DNA from: Oxalobacteraceae bacterium
GTDB taxonomy: Bacteria > Pseudomonadota > Gammaproteobacteria > Burkholderiales > Burkholderiaceae_D
Length of the DNA stretch: 32,000 nucleotides
NCBI GenBank assembly: GCA_027490465.1
Contig: JAIXXZ010000112.1
Coordinates: 8,052-40,051 of the forward strand
Direction: 5' to 3'
Shown piece by piece: positions 15,322 through 24,267 of this stretch; position 1 is the stretch's first letter, and each line of letters starts with the position of its first letter. The translations under genes and the position numbers were made by a program. The notes beneath the pieces were generated by a model that was not told the origin of the DNA, did not search any database, and saw only the letters and a list, made by a program, of their open reading frames with translations.

Positions 15322-16158
15322 ATGGCAACCTTTGAGTTATTTCGGTACCAACTGCTTCCCGCATCCCAGGAGCATCAGCAGGATTTATTTGGTGAATCTC
15401 TGACGCTTGATCAGATCAAAGAAAAAAAGAATGAAATTTTCTGGGGGCTATTACAAGAAGGTGCATTGTTCAACTCAGAGAAACTACTACAGAAAACGCT
15501 TTTTTCAGATGGGTACTGGTTTTCAATAAAGCTTGCACCTAAGCGCAAAACCGTTATCAATAAACCTGATTTCAGAAGTGAATCGGTAGAAAATTGGCCA
15601 CACATTACAGTGTTCATAAATAACGATCCTACAGTACAAATCATTGGCGTTTCACGGAATCAACGTGCTTTTAAAGACTCGATTTCAGTAGTTCGTACAC
15701 TGGAAAAAAGAATCAGTAGGCCACTAAGAGATCGCGGACTTACAGTTCAATTTCAGAGCATATACGAGCAAACTGAGTTTTGGCAGCTAATGGAGCGGCA
15801 GCGTGGCCGAGTGGAGAGAGTACGTTTTGAGATGATCTCGCCGAACATGGCAAACATTTCTGGAGTGTTGAAGGTGGATTTGCGGCGACTAAATCAAGAG
15901 TCCAACTCTCAGAAAACATCACTTGAATTAGAGGCTGTAGCAGGCTCGTCACTTCAAATTGATCAATCTGACGGGTTAATTTCGAGTTGTGTAGATTATT
16001 CAGCTAACGGTGGTGGTGATATCAAAGTGAAAATTAAAGGCTTTAAAAAGACAATTCGAACATCTACATCAGTTAGAACGATTGAAGCTGATGAAATTAT
16101 TTTCGAGGATGCTAATTGTGAATCTTTAGATCTTCTGCTCAAAGGTGTACTAAAGTGA
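15322..16158 (+). CDS. Hypothetical soluble protein (278 aa), first gene of a two-gene operon
   Basis: Long ORF in low-GC DNA. Its stop overlaps the GTG start of the next gene (GTGA at 16155-16158). No nucleotide-binding or nuclease motif recognised. Confidence 0.75.
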   Translation: MATFELFRYQLLPASQEHQQDLFGESLTLDQIKEKKNEIFWGLLQEGALFNSEKLLQKTLFSDGYWFSIKLAPKRKTVINKPDFRSESVENWPHITVFINNDPTVQIIGVSRNQRAFKDSISVVRTLEKRISRPLRDRGLTVQFQSIYEQTEFWQLMERQRGRVERVRFEMISPNMANISGVLKVDLRRLNQESNSQKTSLELEAVAGSSLQIDQSDGLISSCVDYSANGGGDIKVKIKGFKKTIRTSTSVRTIEADEIIFEDANCESLDLLLKGVLK

Positions 16159-16580
16159 TTTCTTGGTTCCGAAACATTTTTATCTATCTGGTTTGCGCTA
16201 ATGCTGCAACTGGATTTCTAAATTGGATGGGTTCGCCACTGATCTCTGATCTATCAAAGAATCTCACAGCTATCGTATTAGCTTTGCTTGCTATAAATGT
16301 TCAGACAACTGCTGTGATCGCCGTAAAGCTTCGCGATATTCTTGATAAATCCGGTGGAAATGCCAATGCAACGATTGAACAGTTTCGATTGGCGATCATT
16401 GAGCAAGCTGTACTCTTATTGCTTGCCTTGTTTCTTCAAGGAACAATTGGTGCTCAGTCCTTTCAACTCTCACCTTTAACTCTTAGTATCTGCTGTTTGT
16501 TTATATTTTTTGCAACTGTTCATATTTTTCTTGATACGTCCATCGGACTGCTCATAGCATTATTTCCTGAAAATACCTGA
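16155..16580 (+). CDS. Small integral membrane protein (141 aa, about 4 predicted TM helices)
   Basis: Hydrophobic stretches fall at roughly residues 6-24, 37-57, 83-103 and 108-137. Translationally coupled to the upstream ORF. Confidence 0.7.
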   Translation: MISWFRNIFIYLVCANAATGFLNWMGSPLISDLSKNLTAIVLALLAINVQTTAVIAVKLRDILDKSGGNANATIEQFRLAIIEQAVLLLLALFLQGTIGAQSFQLSPLTLSICCLFIFFATVHIFLDTSIGLLIALFPENT

Positions 16581-16643
16581 TTCGAACTTTGATTTTGAAT
16601 CAGAGTATTTTGCGGGACTCTCCCGCACCTAGTCGAACTAATT

Positions 16644-17444
16644 TCAAAGATTTAATCCGTAAGGTGCAAAGAACTTAGCCCATCGATCTGAGTCATACAT
16701 CTCACCATCAATGCTAGCGTCAAACATCTCACGGATCACTTTGACCGCTTCAACATTAGGTTTCGGTGGTAATCGCGAGCCGAGATTTTTAAGTCCGAAC
16801 TTATAAACTGCTTCTCGTTCAGTGCTACTGAGGGCTGACTCTTTGAATGCCCAATACGATTGGTCATAGTTGGCGTAACCACTTTTTTCAGTTTTTTTAA
16901 TAGTGAAGTCCATCCCTCGTTCGATGTCGCAGGGAGACTCTAGTAGGTCTCTGTGCATCAGCATGTTTAGCACTAGGTTGTGAATATGTGGGCCAATGAT
17001 GAACTGACGAATTGGATTGTTGGGAGCATCTGATTCACGAAATGGTGATTCGCGGACGAACCCTTGATATAAGTAGCTACGCTTTTTCCAATAGTGTCGC
17101 GCCATTTCTTCAAGGGTTGGATCTTTCATCCATGTTCTAACTTCTTGAAGAACTGGACATTCTTCGCCGTACATCTGCATGCATGGGACCATAACTTTTA
17201 GAGGTTTAATTTCAGTTTTCCCTTTGATGCCAGCAAATGGAAGCTTGATCATGTCTCGCTCAACCCAAAAAAAAGGGTTGTCAGTGTTTCTATCAGGAAG
17301 GAAGCGAAGTGTTGCCGTCGCGTTTAGTGCAATTTCCCAATGCTGATATACGGATGTATCTGTACGAGATTTTGAAACTAACTTTGCTAATGCAGGATTC
17401 TTTGCAGTTAACAAGTTACGAATTTTTTCGAGGGAATTAGTCAT
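16644..17444 (-). CDS. Phage T4 gp32-like single-stranded DNA-binding protein (core domain only)
   Basis: By-eye alignment to T4 gp32 (ours vs T4):
- ATATLRFLPDRNTDNPFFWV vs [21 protein letters not shown]
- GEECPVLQEV vs YDSCPVCQYI
- KKRSYLYQGFVRESP vs KRKTSYWANILVVKDP
- GMDFTIKKTEKSGYANYDQSYW vs [22 protein letters not shown]. Confidence 0.85.
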   Translation of the reverse strand: MTNSLEKIRNLLTAKNPALAKLVSKSRTDTSVYQHWEIALNATATLRFLPDRNTDNPFFWVERDMIKLPFAGIKGKTEIKPLKVMVPCMQMYGEECPVLQEVRTWMKDPTLEEMARHYWKKRSYLYQGFVRESPFRESDAPNNPIRQFIIGPHIHNLVLNMLMHRDLLESPCDIERGMDFTIKKTEKSGYANYDQSYWAFKESALSSTEREAVYKFGLKNLGSRLPPKPNVEAVKVIREMFDASIDGEMYDSDRWAKFFAPYGLNL

Positions 17445-17649
17445 ATAGTTCGTTTTTGATATGGTGCGGCGGGAGGGAATTGGCCAGAAAATGGCTTTGT
17501 GAAGCGAGCATATACGGCGCTACATGTAAAAAAGTGGCACGTGCCGTTGTGTAACTGATTTTTAAAACGCGTTAGAAAAACTAAAGTGAAAGCCTAGTAA
17601 TCCTGCATTGTCAGCACAGCGCATGATGACCTAAGTTTCAGTCTGTTAA

Positions 17650-18906
17650 ATGCTGAAAATTTTTCCTATGGTCGCCACGCTGAATCAATCTGCCGGATAT
17701 GCATTTTCTTCCCGAACCTATCCGCTGAAGGTCTACGCCGGGCCTGACGCGCTGGAGTCACTGCCCGATGAATTAATGCGCAATGACGCACAACGCGCGT
17801 TGATCTTGTGTGGACGCAGCGTGTACGAGCGATCTACTCTCACGCAGCATATTTCCGCACTATTGGGCAGCCATCTTGCGGGTATATTTCCGAACGTTTC
17901 CGAGGGTGCGCCGAGTGAATGCATCGAAGCAGCCGCCAAGATGGCGGACGAATTAGGTGCGGATGCGCTGATTGCGATTGGTGCAGGCAGCGTGATCAAA
18001 GGTGCGCGCGTGGTCGCTATGTTGATGGGTGAGAAACGACCGCTTCTTGATATGGCGACCAGACACGTTGATGGTCAAAAGCCCGTCACCCAAAAACTGC
18101 TCGCGGCTAAGGTGCCGATTTTCAATGTGCTGACCTCGCCAACGTCGGCGCAGAACCGAGGTGGGTCTGCAGTGCGGCATCACGGCGAGGTTCATCATTT
18201 GGAGTTCTTTGATCCAAAAACCAGACCGAGAGCCATCTTTTGGGACAGCACGGCCTTGGCGACTGCGCCTGTTTCGCTGGCACGGTCGACCAGTTTTGAA
18301 ACGTATTGGTGGGCGCTGATGTGCGTGGGTGCTGTCGAAACAGCCAACCCTTTAGTTCAGGCCAGTCGATATCAGGCCTGGCGGCTGGCGCGCAATGCTT
18401 ACCCGCGTCTGCTTGAGCCCTCGGATCATGCGGCGCGAATTGATTTATGCGCGGCCTCTTTGCTGCAGAACCGAGACGAGGAGGACGGAGGCAAGCCTTT
18501 GACATGTCATGTCTTGGTTCGAGTCGCCTATGCAGTCGCTGTCGCCATCTTCAATAGCTACCCTGGCATCACCCAGTCGCACGGCTATGCTGGTTTGGCG
18601 CCTGCCGTAATCCGGCATCTCGGACATCTTTGCCCCGATGTGACGACCGCAATCGGTGCAGCACTGGACTTGCAGGTTCGCGTCGATGATGCGCAGCTCG
18701 GCGAGAAGGTCGCCAACGCGGTTCAGACACACTTCGACACCCTCGGTTGGCATAAGCCGCTCAGTGCGATCGTGATACCCATGGATCACGCACCGGTTTT
18801 ACTCAAGTTTGCATTGAAGAATTTCAACGCAAATCATGATCGCTTTCTCGATGAGCATGCCGATCTCATTCTCGTTGCGATCAAGGACGCGATCAGCTTG
18901 CGCTAA
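17650..18906 (+). CDS. Iron-containing alcohol dehydrogenase-family protein (divergent). Alternative start at 17668.
   Basis: 418-aa ORF. Carries a Fe-ADH-like glycine block LIAIGAGSVIKGARVVA and His-rich HHGEVHH. Family assignment is moderate. Confidence 0.55.
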   Translation: MLKIFPMVATLNQSAGYAFSSRTYPLKVYAGPDALESLPDELMRNDAQRALILCGRSVYERSTLTQHISALLGSHLAGIFPNVSEGAPSECIEAAAKMADELGADALIAIGAGSVIKGARVVAMLMGEKRPLLDMATRHVDGQKPVTQKLLAAKVPIFNVLTSPTSAQNRGGSAVRHHGEVHHLEFFDPKTRPRAIFWDSTALATAPVSLARSTSFETYWWALMCVGAVETANPLVQASRYQAWRLARNAYPRLLEPSDHAARIDLCAASLLQNRDEEDGGKPLTCHVLVRVAYAVAVAIFNSYPGITQSHGYAGLAPAVIRHLGHLCPDVTTAIGAALDLQVRVDDAQLGEKVANAVQTHFDTLGWHKPLSAIVIPMDHAPVLLKFALKNFNANHDRFLDEHADLILVAIKDAISLR

Positions 18907-18910
18907 TCGT

Positions 18911-19810
18911 TTACAGACTATCGGGGCGCCTTATTTCCTGCAAAATCCAGTCGCGAAAAAGCGCAAAGGCTTCGCTGACGGGGCGTGCGGAAGACCAGCC
19001 CAGGTAGTAACCATTTTTACCTCGCACCCTGATATCAAAAGGTGCGATGAGGGTACCCGAATCGAGGTCGGATTTGATGTAGGCGTGTTGAACCAGTGCG
19101 ATGCCGACGCCATCAATTGCAGCCTGAATCGCGAGAGAAGAACTGCCAAATGACAGGCTGTGCGTCGGTTGCAAATCGGGCTCGCCGGCTTGCGTCAACC
19201 AGGCCTTCCAGTAATCGGCCCGCGGCACTGACTTGAGCAATGTGAAATTGATCAAATCAGCAGGCTTCTCGAGAGGTGGTCCTCCCGCCAGAAGGGACGG
19301 ACTGCAGACAGGCGTAAATTCGTCATCGAACAGGCGCACACCACTGACCCCGGAGGGAAGGCTGCTGCCTACCCATGAGGCCATATCGACATCTTCTGCC
19401 TCTAGTTCTACCGCCCTGAAGCTCGTCATGATCTGGATATCCAGGTCCGGATGGGCGCCATGAAATCGTGCAAGCCGTGGCATCAGCCATTTCTCCGCCA
19501 GCGTCGGCAACAGCGTTAGCTTGATGGTGGATTTGCTGCGCTTTCTGGTGATCGAGTCGAGCGCAACACTGATCCAGTCCAGCGCTTGCGTCAATTGAGG
19601 ATGTAATAACAGACCGGCATCGGTGAGCTCGATGGCACGTCCTCTTCTCTGAATCAGCGAAACCCCAACGCTTTCCTCTAAAAGCTTGACTTGTTGGCTG
19701 ATAGCGCCCGGCGTAACGCACAGCTCCATGGCAGCCTTGGAAACACTGAGATGTCTTGCCGTTGCCTCGAAGGCGCGCAAGCCGAGTAATGGCAGATGAG
19801 ATCTTTGCAT
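18911..19810 (-). CDS. LysR-family transcriptional regulator (GcvA/AmpR-like subgroup)
   Basis: The N-terminal HTH LPLLGLRAFEATARHLSVSKAAMELCVTPGAISQQVKLLEE is typical of this family. 299 aa. Divergent from the 19921 operon. Confidence 0.9.
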   Translation of the reverse strand: MQRSHLPLLGLRAFEATARHLSVSKAAMELCVTPGAISQQVKLLEESVGVSLIQRRGRAIELTDAGLLLHPQLTQALDWISVALDSITRKRSKSTIKLTLLPTLAEKWLMPRLARFHGAHPDLDIQIMTSFRAVELEAEDVDMASWVGSSLPSGVSGVRLFDDEFTPVCSPSLLAGGPPLEKPADLINFTLLKSVPRADYWKAWLTQAGEPDLQPTHSLSFGSSSLAIQAAIDGVGIALVQHAYIKSDLDSGTLIAPFDIRVRGKNGYYLGWSSARPVSEAFALFRDWILQEIRRPDSL

Positions 19811-19845
19811 CGCTCGATTTTAGCGTAACTAAATATATCGAGCAG

Positions 19846-19862
19846 AAATCATGCGTTGATTT
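19846..19862. promoter_or_regulatory. Candidate LysR-type operator in the divergent intergenic region
   Basis: Inverted repeat AAATCA-TGCGT-TGATTT between the LysR gene and the catabolic operon. By-eye only. Confidence 0.25.
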
Positions 19863-19920
19863 ATGGGTTCTCAACTCCTAAAGTCAGCTTCATTCCAGAA
19901 GGCGTTCAGAGACAGCGAAA

Positions 19921-20301
19921 ATGAAAATCACAAAACGACTCAGTAGCCACATTAGCAAGACACCACATGGATTGGCGCTGCTGGCAAGCCGCAGCCGTGA
20001 TGACGTCAATTGGCAGTTTCCGCCAGCAGAATTCACACTGGGTGATGTGCCGGATCAGGAAAGCGTGTTGAGTACCCGCGGTGTTCTCTACACCTACAGC
20101 ATTGTTCACGTTGATCGCGAGCGCGGTCCCTATGCATTAGCCATGGTGGATTTTGAGCCAGACGTTCGGGTTTTCGGCCCCATGATTTACGAGCCCGGGA
20201 AAGAGCCGCCGCTGGGCGCGACAATGGAAGTGACAGCGTATGCGTTGAAAGACGGGTCGGAAGACTATGCGTTTCGACAGTCGACAGGTAGCGCAGCATG
20301 A
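19921..20301 (+). CDS. DUF35-type OB-fold protein (thiolase partner) lacking the usual zinc-ribbon cysteines
   Basis: 126 aa. OB-fold block GVLYTYSIVHVDRERGPYALAMVDFEPDVRVFGPM. The stop overlaps the start of a thiolase-like gene (ATGA). No Cys anywhere in the protein. Confidence 0.65.
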   Translation: MKITKRLSSHISKTPHGLALLASRSRDDVNWQFPPAEFTLGDVPDQESVLSTRGVLYTYSIVHVDRERGPYALAMVDFEPDVRVFGPMIYEPGKEPPLGATMEVTAYALKDGSEDYAFRQSTGSAA

Positions 20302-21434
20302 GCGAAGCCGTCATATCTGGTGTTGGTATTTCTGATTTCGGCAAGTTTCCCCATCTGACCGAGGAAGTGCTGGCGCAAGCGGCCATTATGGATGCGCTTA
20401 CCGATGCCGGTCTCTCGATCAAGGATATTCAGGCTTTTTATTGCGGAAATGCCGCGGGTGGACACCTCCCGGGTCAGCGCGTTCTGCGTGAACTGCACAC
20501 AGATGGGCAGGCGGTATTTAACATCGACAATGCATGCTCCAGTGGCGCCACGGCATTCCATCTGGCACTGGATGCGCTCAGATCTCAAAAACACGACACC
20601 GTATTGGTGTTCGGCATGGATCAGCTCAGCACCTTCGGTGGTGGTGCGCTGCCATTAAGTCAGCGCGATTGGAATAATCGACGGGGTATGGTCATGCCCG
20701 CGCTCTATGCGATGCGCGCGCGTCGATATATGCATGACTACGATGTCTCGCCCCAGGTCCTCGCAGAGGTGTCTGTCAAAAATCGGCAACATGGTGCGCT
20801 TAACCCGATTGCGACATTTTGCAAAACAGTGACAGTCGAGGAAGTACTTGCATCACGCCCGATTGCGGAGCCGCTGACCTTGCTGCAGTGTTGCCCCGCG
20901 GTAGTCGACGGTGCTGCTGCAGTCGTACTCACGACAAAACCGGGCAAGGGTCTGGCCAAGCCAGTCCGTGTCTTGGCATCGGTAGTGCAATCCGGTGTTT
21001 TTGAAACCAGTGCGGTCGACATGACCGAAGCAGAGATTACGGCGCGTTCAGCGCTGATGGCCTATGAGCAGGCGGGTATTGCACCGCAGGACTTGAGTCT
21101 GATCGAACTTCACGATGCGTTCACCATCTCGGAACTGCTCTATTACGAAGCCCTGAGTCTGTGTGGGCGAGGCGAAGCGCAGCATCTGTTGCGCAGTGGC
21201 GCAACGACGCTGGGTGGCCGTATTCCTGTCAACCCAAGCGGTGGTCTGATTGCAAAGGGGCACCCACCCGGTGCGACTGGCGTGGCGCAGATGGTTGAAA
21301 TTTGCGAACAGCTTCAGCAGCGTGCCGGTAAGCGGCAGGTGGCGGGTGCGCGTCTCGGCCTGAGTCAGGTCACAGGTGGCGGCATATGGGGCGTAGACCA
21401 TGCCGCCTGCTCAATCCATATTTTCTCAATATAA
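20298..21434 (+). CDS. Thiolase-family protein, SCP-x/nonspecific lipid-transfer-type
   Basis: 378 aa. Nucleophile block NIDNACSSGATAFHLA and C-terminal NPSGGLIAKGHPPGATGV. Paired with an upstream DUF35 gene. Confidence 0.85.
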   Translation: MSEAVISGVGISDFGKFPHLTEEVLAQAAIMDALTDAGLSIKDIQAFYCGNAAGGHLPGQRVLRELHTDGQAVFNIDNACSSGATAFHLALDALRSQKHDTVLVFGMDQLSTFGGGALPLSQRDWNNRRGMVMPALYAMRARRYMHDYDVSPQVLAEVSVKNRQHGALNPIATFCKTVTVEEVLASRPIAEPLTLLQCCPAVVDGAAAVVLTTKPGKGLAKPVRVLASVVQSGVFETSAVDMTEAEITARSALMAYEQAGIAPQDLSLIELHDAFTISELLYYEALSLCGRGEAQHLLRSGATTLGGRIPVNPSGGLIAKGHPPGATGVAQMVEICEQLQQRAGKRQVAGARLGLSQVTGGGIWGVDHAACSIHIFSI

Positions 21435-21449
21435 ATCTCACCATTCCCT

Positions 21450-22241
21450 ATGACTGACAACCAACAATCAGCGGCAAACAAGATCCCGGATTCCCTCAGC
21501 GGATTGACCGCCATCGTCACCGGAGGTGGCAGAGGCATCGGTTTGGGCATTGCGAAGGATTTGGCAAGCCAAGGCTGTCGTATTGCCCTTTGGGATGTGG
21601 ATTCTGCAGCACTCGATCAGGCCGCTGCAGAGTTAAAGACATCAGGTGCTGATGTCTATGCAAAATTAATCAGCGTCACTGCACAGGAAGAAGTTGAGCA
21701 TGAAGTCGCTGAGTTGTATAGCGCTACCGGACGGGTTGATATTTTGGTCAACAACGCTGGTATTGGCGGAGACAAGCTGGTCGAGAAGATGAACCTCGAT
21801 TTCTGGCAGCGTGTAGTCGAAACCAATTTGACCTCGCAATTCATCTGCGCAAAGGCTGTTCTGCCCTATATGGTTCAGCAGCGCTTTGGACGAATCATCA
21901 ATATTTCATCGCGGGCGTGGCTGGGTAATCGGGGTCAGGCAAGCTACTCGGCGTCCAAAGGTGGCGTGGTCAGTTTCACCCGCAGCCTCGCTCTGGAATA
22001 TGCACGTCACGGCATTACCGCTAATGCGATCGCTCCCGGGATCACCGAGACCCCGCTCTTTCAGACGCTATCTGAGCAAGTGATCAGCGACCTCAAGCGT
22101 TCGGTACCCGTGCAGCGCATCGGGCAATCTGAGGATGTCGCCAATGCAGTCCGATTTTTTTCTCAGCCGGCGTCTAATTACGTCACAGGGCAGTTGCTTT
22201 ATGTCTGTGGAGGACGCAGCCTGAGTAGCGTATCGGTATGA
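21450..22241 (+). CDS. Short-chain dehydrogenase/reductase (FabG-like 3-oxo/3-hydroxyacyl reductase)
   Basis: Motifs VTGGGRGIGLGIA (TGxxxGxG), NNAG and YSASKGG (YxxxK). Confidence 0.9.
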   Translation: MTDNQQSAANKIPDSLSGLTAIVTGGGRGIGLGIAKDLASQGCRIALWDVDSAALDQAAAELKTSGADVYAKLISVTAQEEVEHEVAELYSATGRVDILVNNAGIGGDKLVEKMNLDFWQRVVETNLTSQFICAKAVLPYMVQQRFGRIINISSRAWLGNRGQASYSASKGGVVSFTRSLALEYARHGITANAIAPGITETPLFQTLSEQVISDLKRSVPVQRIGQSEDVANAVRFFSQPASNYVTGQLLYVCGGRSLSSVSV

Positions 22242-22285
22242 AGCAGGTGAAGAAAATGAACATACTTTATTCAGAGGCCTGATCC

Positions 22286-23491
22286 GTGCTTTCACAATCG
22301 TTAACCGGACTCAAGATCATTGATTTCACCCAGATTGCTGCAGGTCCGACTTGCACCATGTTGCTCGCTGATCTGGGCGCCGATGTGATCAAGGTAGAAG
22401 CACCCAGCGGTGACTTGGGGCGCACCTTTGTGCCTGTCGTTGATGGTCAAAGTGTGACCTTCATGTCTTTGAACCGTAATAAGCGCAGCATCACTCTCGA
22501 CCTAAAAAACGACGAGCATCTGGCTATTTGTCTTAAATTGCTGCGCGAAGCTGATGTGGTTGTAGAGAGCTTTCGCCCGGGTGTCATGCAGCGGCTCTCC
22601 CTCGGTTATGAAACGCTCAGAAAAGATAATCCGCGCCTGATCTATTGTTCTGTGTCGGCCTATGGGCAGACGGGTCCCTGGCGAGACAAGCCGGGTGTCG
22701 ATGGTGTGATTCAAGCTGTCTCTGGACTGATGAGTGTGACTGGATCACCCGATACACCGCCGTGCAAGATACAGGTGCCCATCGTTGATATCGTCACTGG
22801 GTATCTGGCGACAGTGAGCGTGCTGGCCGCTATTACGCAACGTGAGGTGACCGGTGCTGGTCAGCACCTTGACATCAGTATGTTCGGCAGTGCCGTCTCG
22901 CTTCAACAATCTGCATTGTCTGCCTACCTAGCCGATAAAATTATTCCTCAACGTATGGGTAGTGCTGCCCCTTACGCGGCACCGAATGAAGCGTTGCGTT
23001 GTTCTGACGGCTGGATCATGGTGGCCGCCTATCAACCGGCACGATGGAAAGCACTGTGCGAAATTGTCGGGATGCCGGAATTGCTGACTGACTTGCGATT
23101 TATTGATCTTGAAAGTCGTATCGCACATCGCGTCGAGTTGGTGCAGGCATTGGAATCACGGATGTCAATGCAATCCAAGCTGACATGGATCACTGCGCTC
23201 GAGGCTGCCGATATCATCTGCGCCCCCATCAATAACTATGCCGAAGTGGTCAGCGCACCTCCATACATTGGGGCGGATATGGAAGAGCGCATTGAGCATC
23301 CGTCTGTCGGCGTCATTTCGATGCCTCGATCTCCGCTCAGGTCAAGCGGTGAATTGCCTGCGGCTCGTCATCCACCACCGATCCTCGGTGAGCATACGCG
23401 TGAAATTCTTTTAGCCTTGGGCTACAGCGACACAGATATGCATCGCTTGTTTAATTTCAAACTTAACAATCAACAGTTTGCATCCACATAA
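22286..23491 (+). CDS. Family III CoA-transferase (CaiB/BaiF family)
   Basis: 401 aa with a GTG start. N-terminus LTGLKIIDFTQIAAGPTCTMLLADLGADVIKVE, followed by FRPGVMQRLSLGYETL, both typical of the family. Confidence 0.85.
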   Translation: MLSQSLTGLKIIDFTQIAAGPTCTMLLADLGADVIKVEAPSGDLGRTFVPVVDGQSVTFMSLNRNKRSITLDLKNDEHLAICLKLLREADVVVESFRPGVMQRLSLGYETLRKDNPRLIYCSVSAYGQTGPWRDKPGVDGVIQAVSGLMSVTGSPDTPPCKIQVPIVDIVTGYLATVSVLAAITQREVTGAGQHLDISMFGSAVSLQQSALSAYLADKIIPQRMGSAAPYAAPNEALRCSDGWIMVAAYQPARWKALCEIVGMPELLTDLRFIDLESRIAHRVELVQALESRMSMQSKLTWITALEAADIICAPINNYAEVVSAPPYIGADMEERIEHPSVGVISMPRSPLRSSGELPAARHPPPILGEHTREILLALGYSDTDMHRLFNFKLNNQQFAST

Positions 23492-24267
23492 TGACGGTAT
23501 CTCTTGAAGTAAATGAGTTTGTCGCGACGGTGACTCTCAACCGACCCGAAGCCATGAATGCACTGGATCCTGATTCAGTGATTCAACTGCAAGCTATCTG
23601 GCAGCAGATCTCCTATGACGCTAATGTCCGTGTCGTCATACTTACCGGTGCTGGCGATCGTTCTTTTTGTACCGGCGCGGACCTAAAAAAAACGGCACCA
23701 CCCGCTGAATCTTTTGCTGAGCTCCATTACGGATCGGTTCGCCCTGCATTCAATTTAGGTAGCCTTCAGACCGGCAAACCAGTCATTGGGGCGATCAATG
23801 GATTTGCGCTGGGTGGTGGTCTTGAGCTGGCATTGCAATGCGATATACGCATTGCCTCTGATAACGCGAGCTTTGGTCTGCCCGAGGTTTGTATCGGCAG
23901 TATTCCAGGGGCGGGTGGCACGCAGCGCATTATTCGTGCCGTTGGTCAGTCTGATGCAATGTTCATGCTGCTGACCGGTGCAAGAATCGATGCTGCAGAG
24001 GCGCTGCGCATTGGCCTGGTGAGTCGGGTTGTGGCACCTCCGATGCTTTTGGAAACGGCCACGTCCATTGCCCGACAAATTGCTGCCAATGCGCCACTGG
24101 CAGTTGCTGCTGTCAAAAAGCTGTCAACCATCGGTCGTGACACGTCCTTGTCTGCCGGACTGGAATTGGAGCAGCAAGCATTTGGTGTGCTTCGCAACAG
24201 CGAAGATCGCCTGGAGGGTCGGACCGCTTTTGTAGAAAAAAGAAAACCCGTATTCAGGGGCAAGTGA
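23491..24267 (+). CDS. Enoyl-CoA hydratase/isomerase (crotonase superfamily)
   Basis: 258 aa. Motifs VILTGAGDRSFCTGADL and GAINGFALGGGLELALQCDIRIAS. Confidence 0.9.
   Translation: MTVSLEVNEFVATVTLNRPEAMNALDPDSVIQLQAIWQQISYDANVRVVILTGAGDRSFCTGADLKKTAPPAESFAELHYGSVRPAFNLGSLQTGKPVIGAINGFALGGGLELALQCDIRIASDNASFGLPEVCIGSIPGAGGTQRIIRAVGQSDAMFMLLTGARIDAAEALRIGLVSRVVAPPMLLETATSIARQIAANAPLAVAAVKKLSTIGRDTSLSAGLELEQQAFGVLRNSEDRLEGRTAFVEKRKPVFRGK

Noticed and set aside
16578-16626. Hairpins in the 63-bp convergent gap (CTGATTC/GAATCAG at 16578-16603; GCGGGA-CTC-TCCCGC at 16612-16626) as canonical terminators
   Set aside because: The GC-rich hairpin has its T-run upstream rather than downstream on the plus strand, and an A-run follows it on the minus strand. 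They may still terminate transcription, but they do not fit the canonical intrinsic-terminator pattern, so I did not list them as features.
17461-17495. TGGTGCGGCGGGAGGGAATTGG resembling a minus-strand tRNA 3' end, which could have been the intact tRNA bounding the cassette
   Set aside because: No T-loop (TTCGA complement) or complementary T-stem follows, so no cloverleaf can be drawn.
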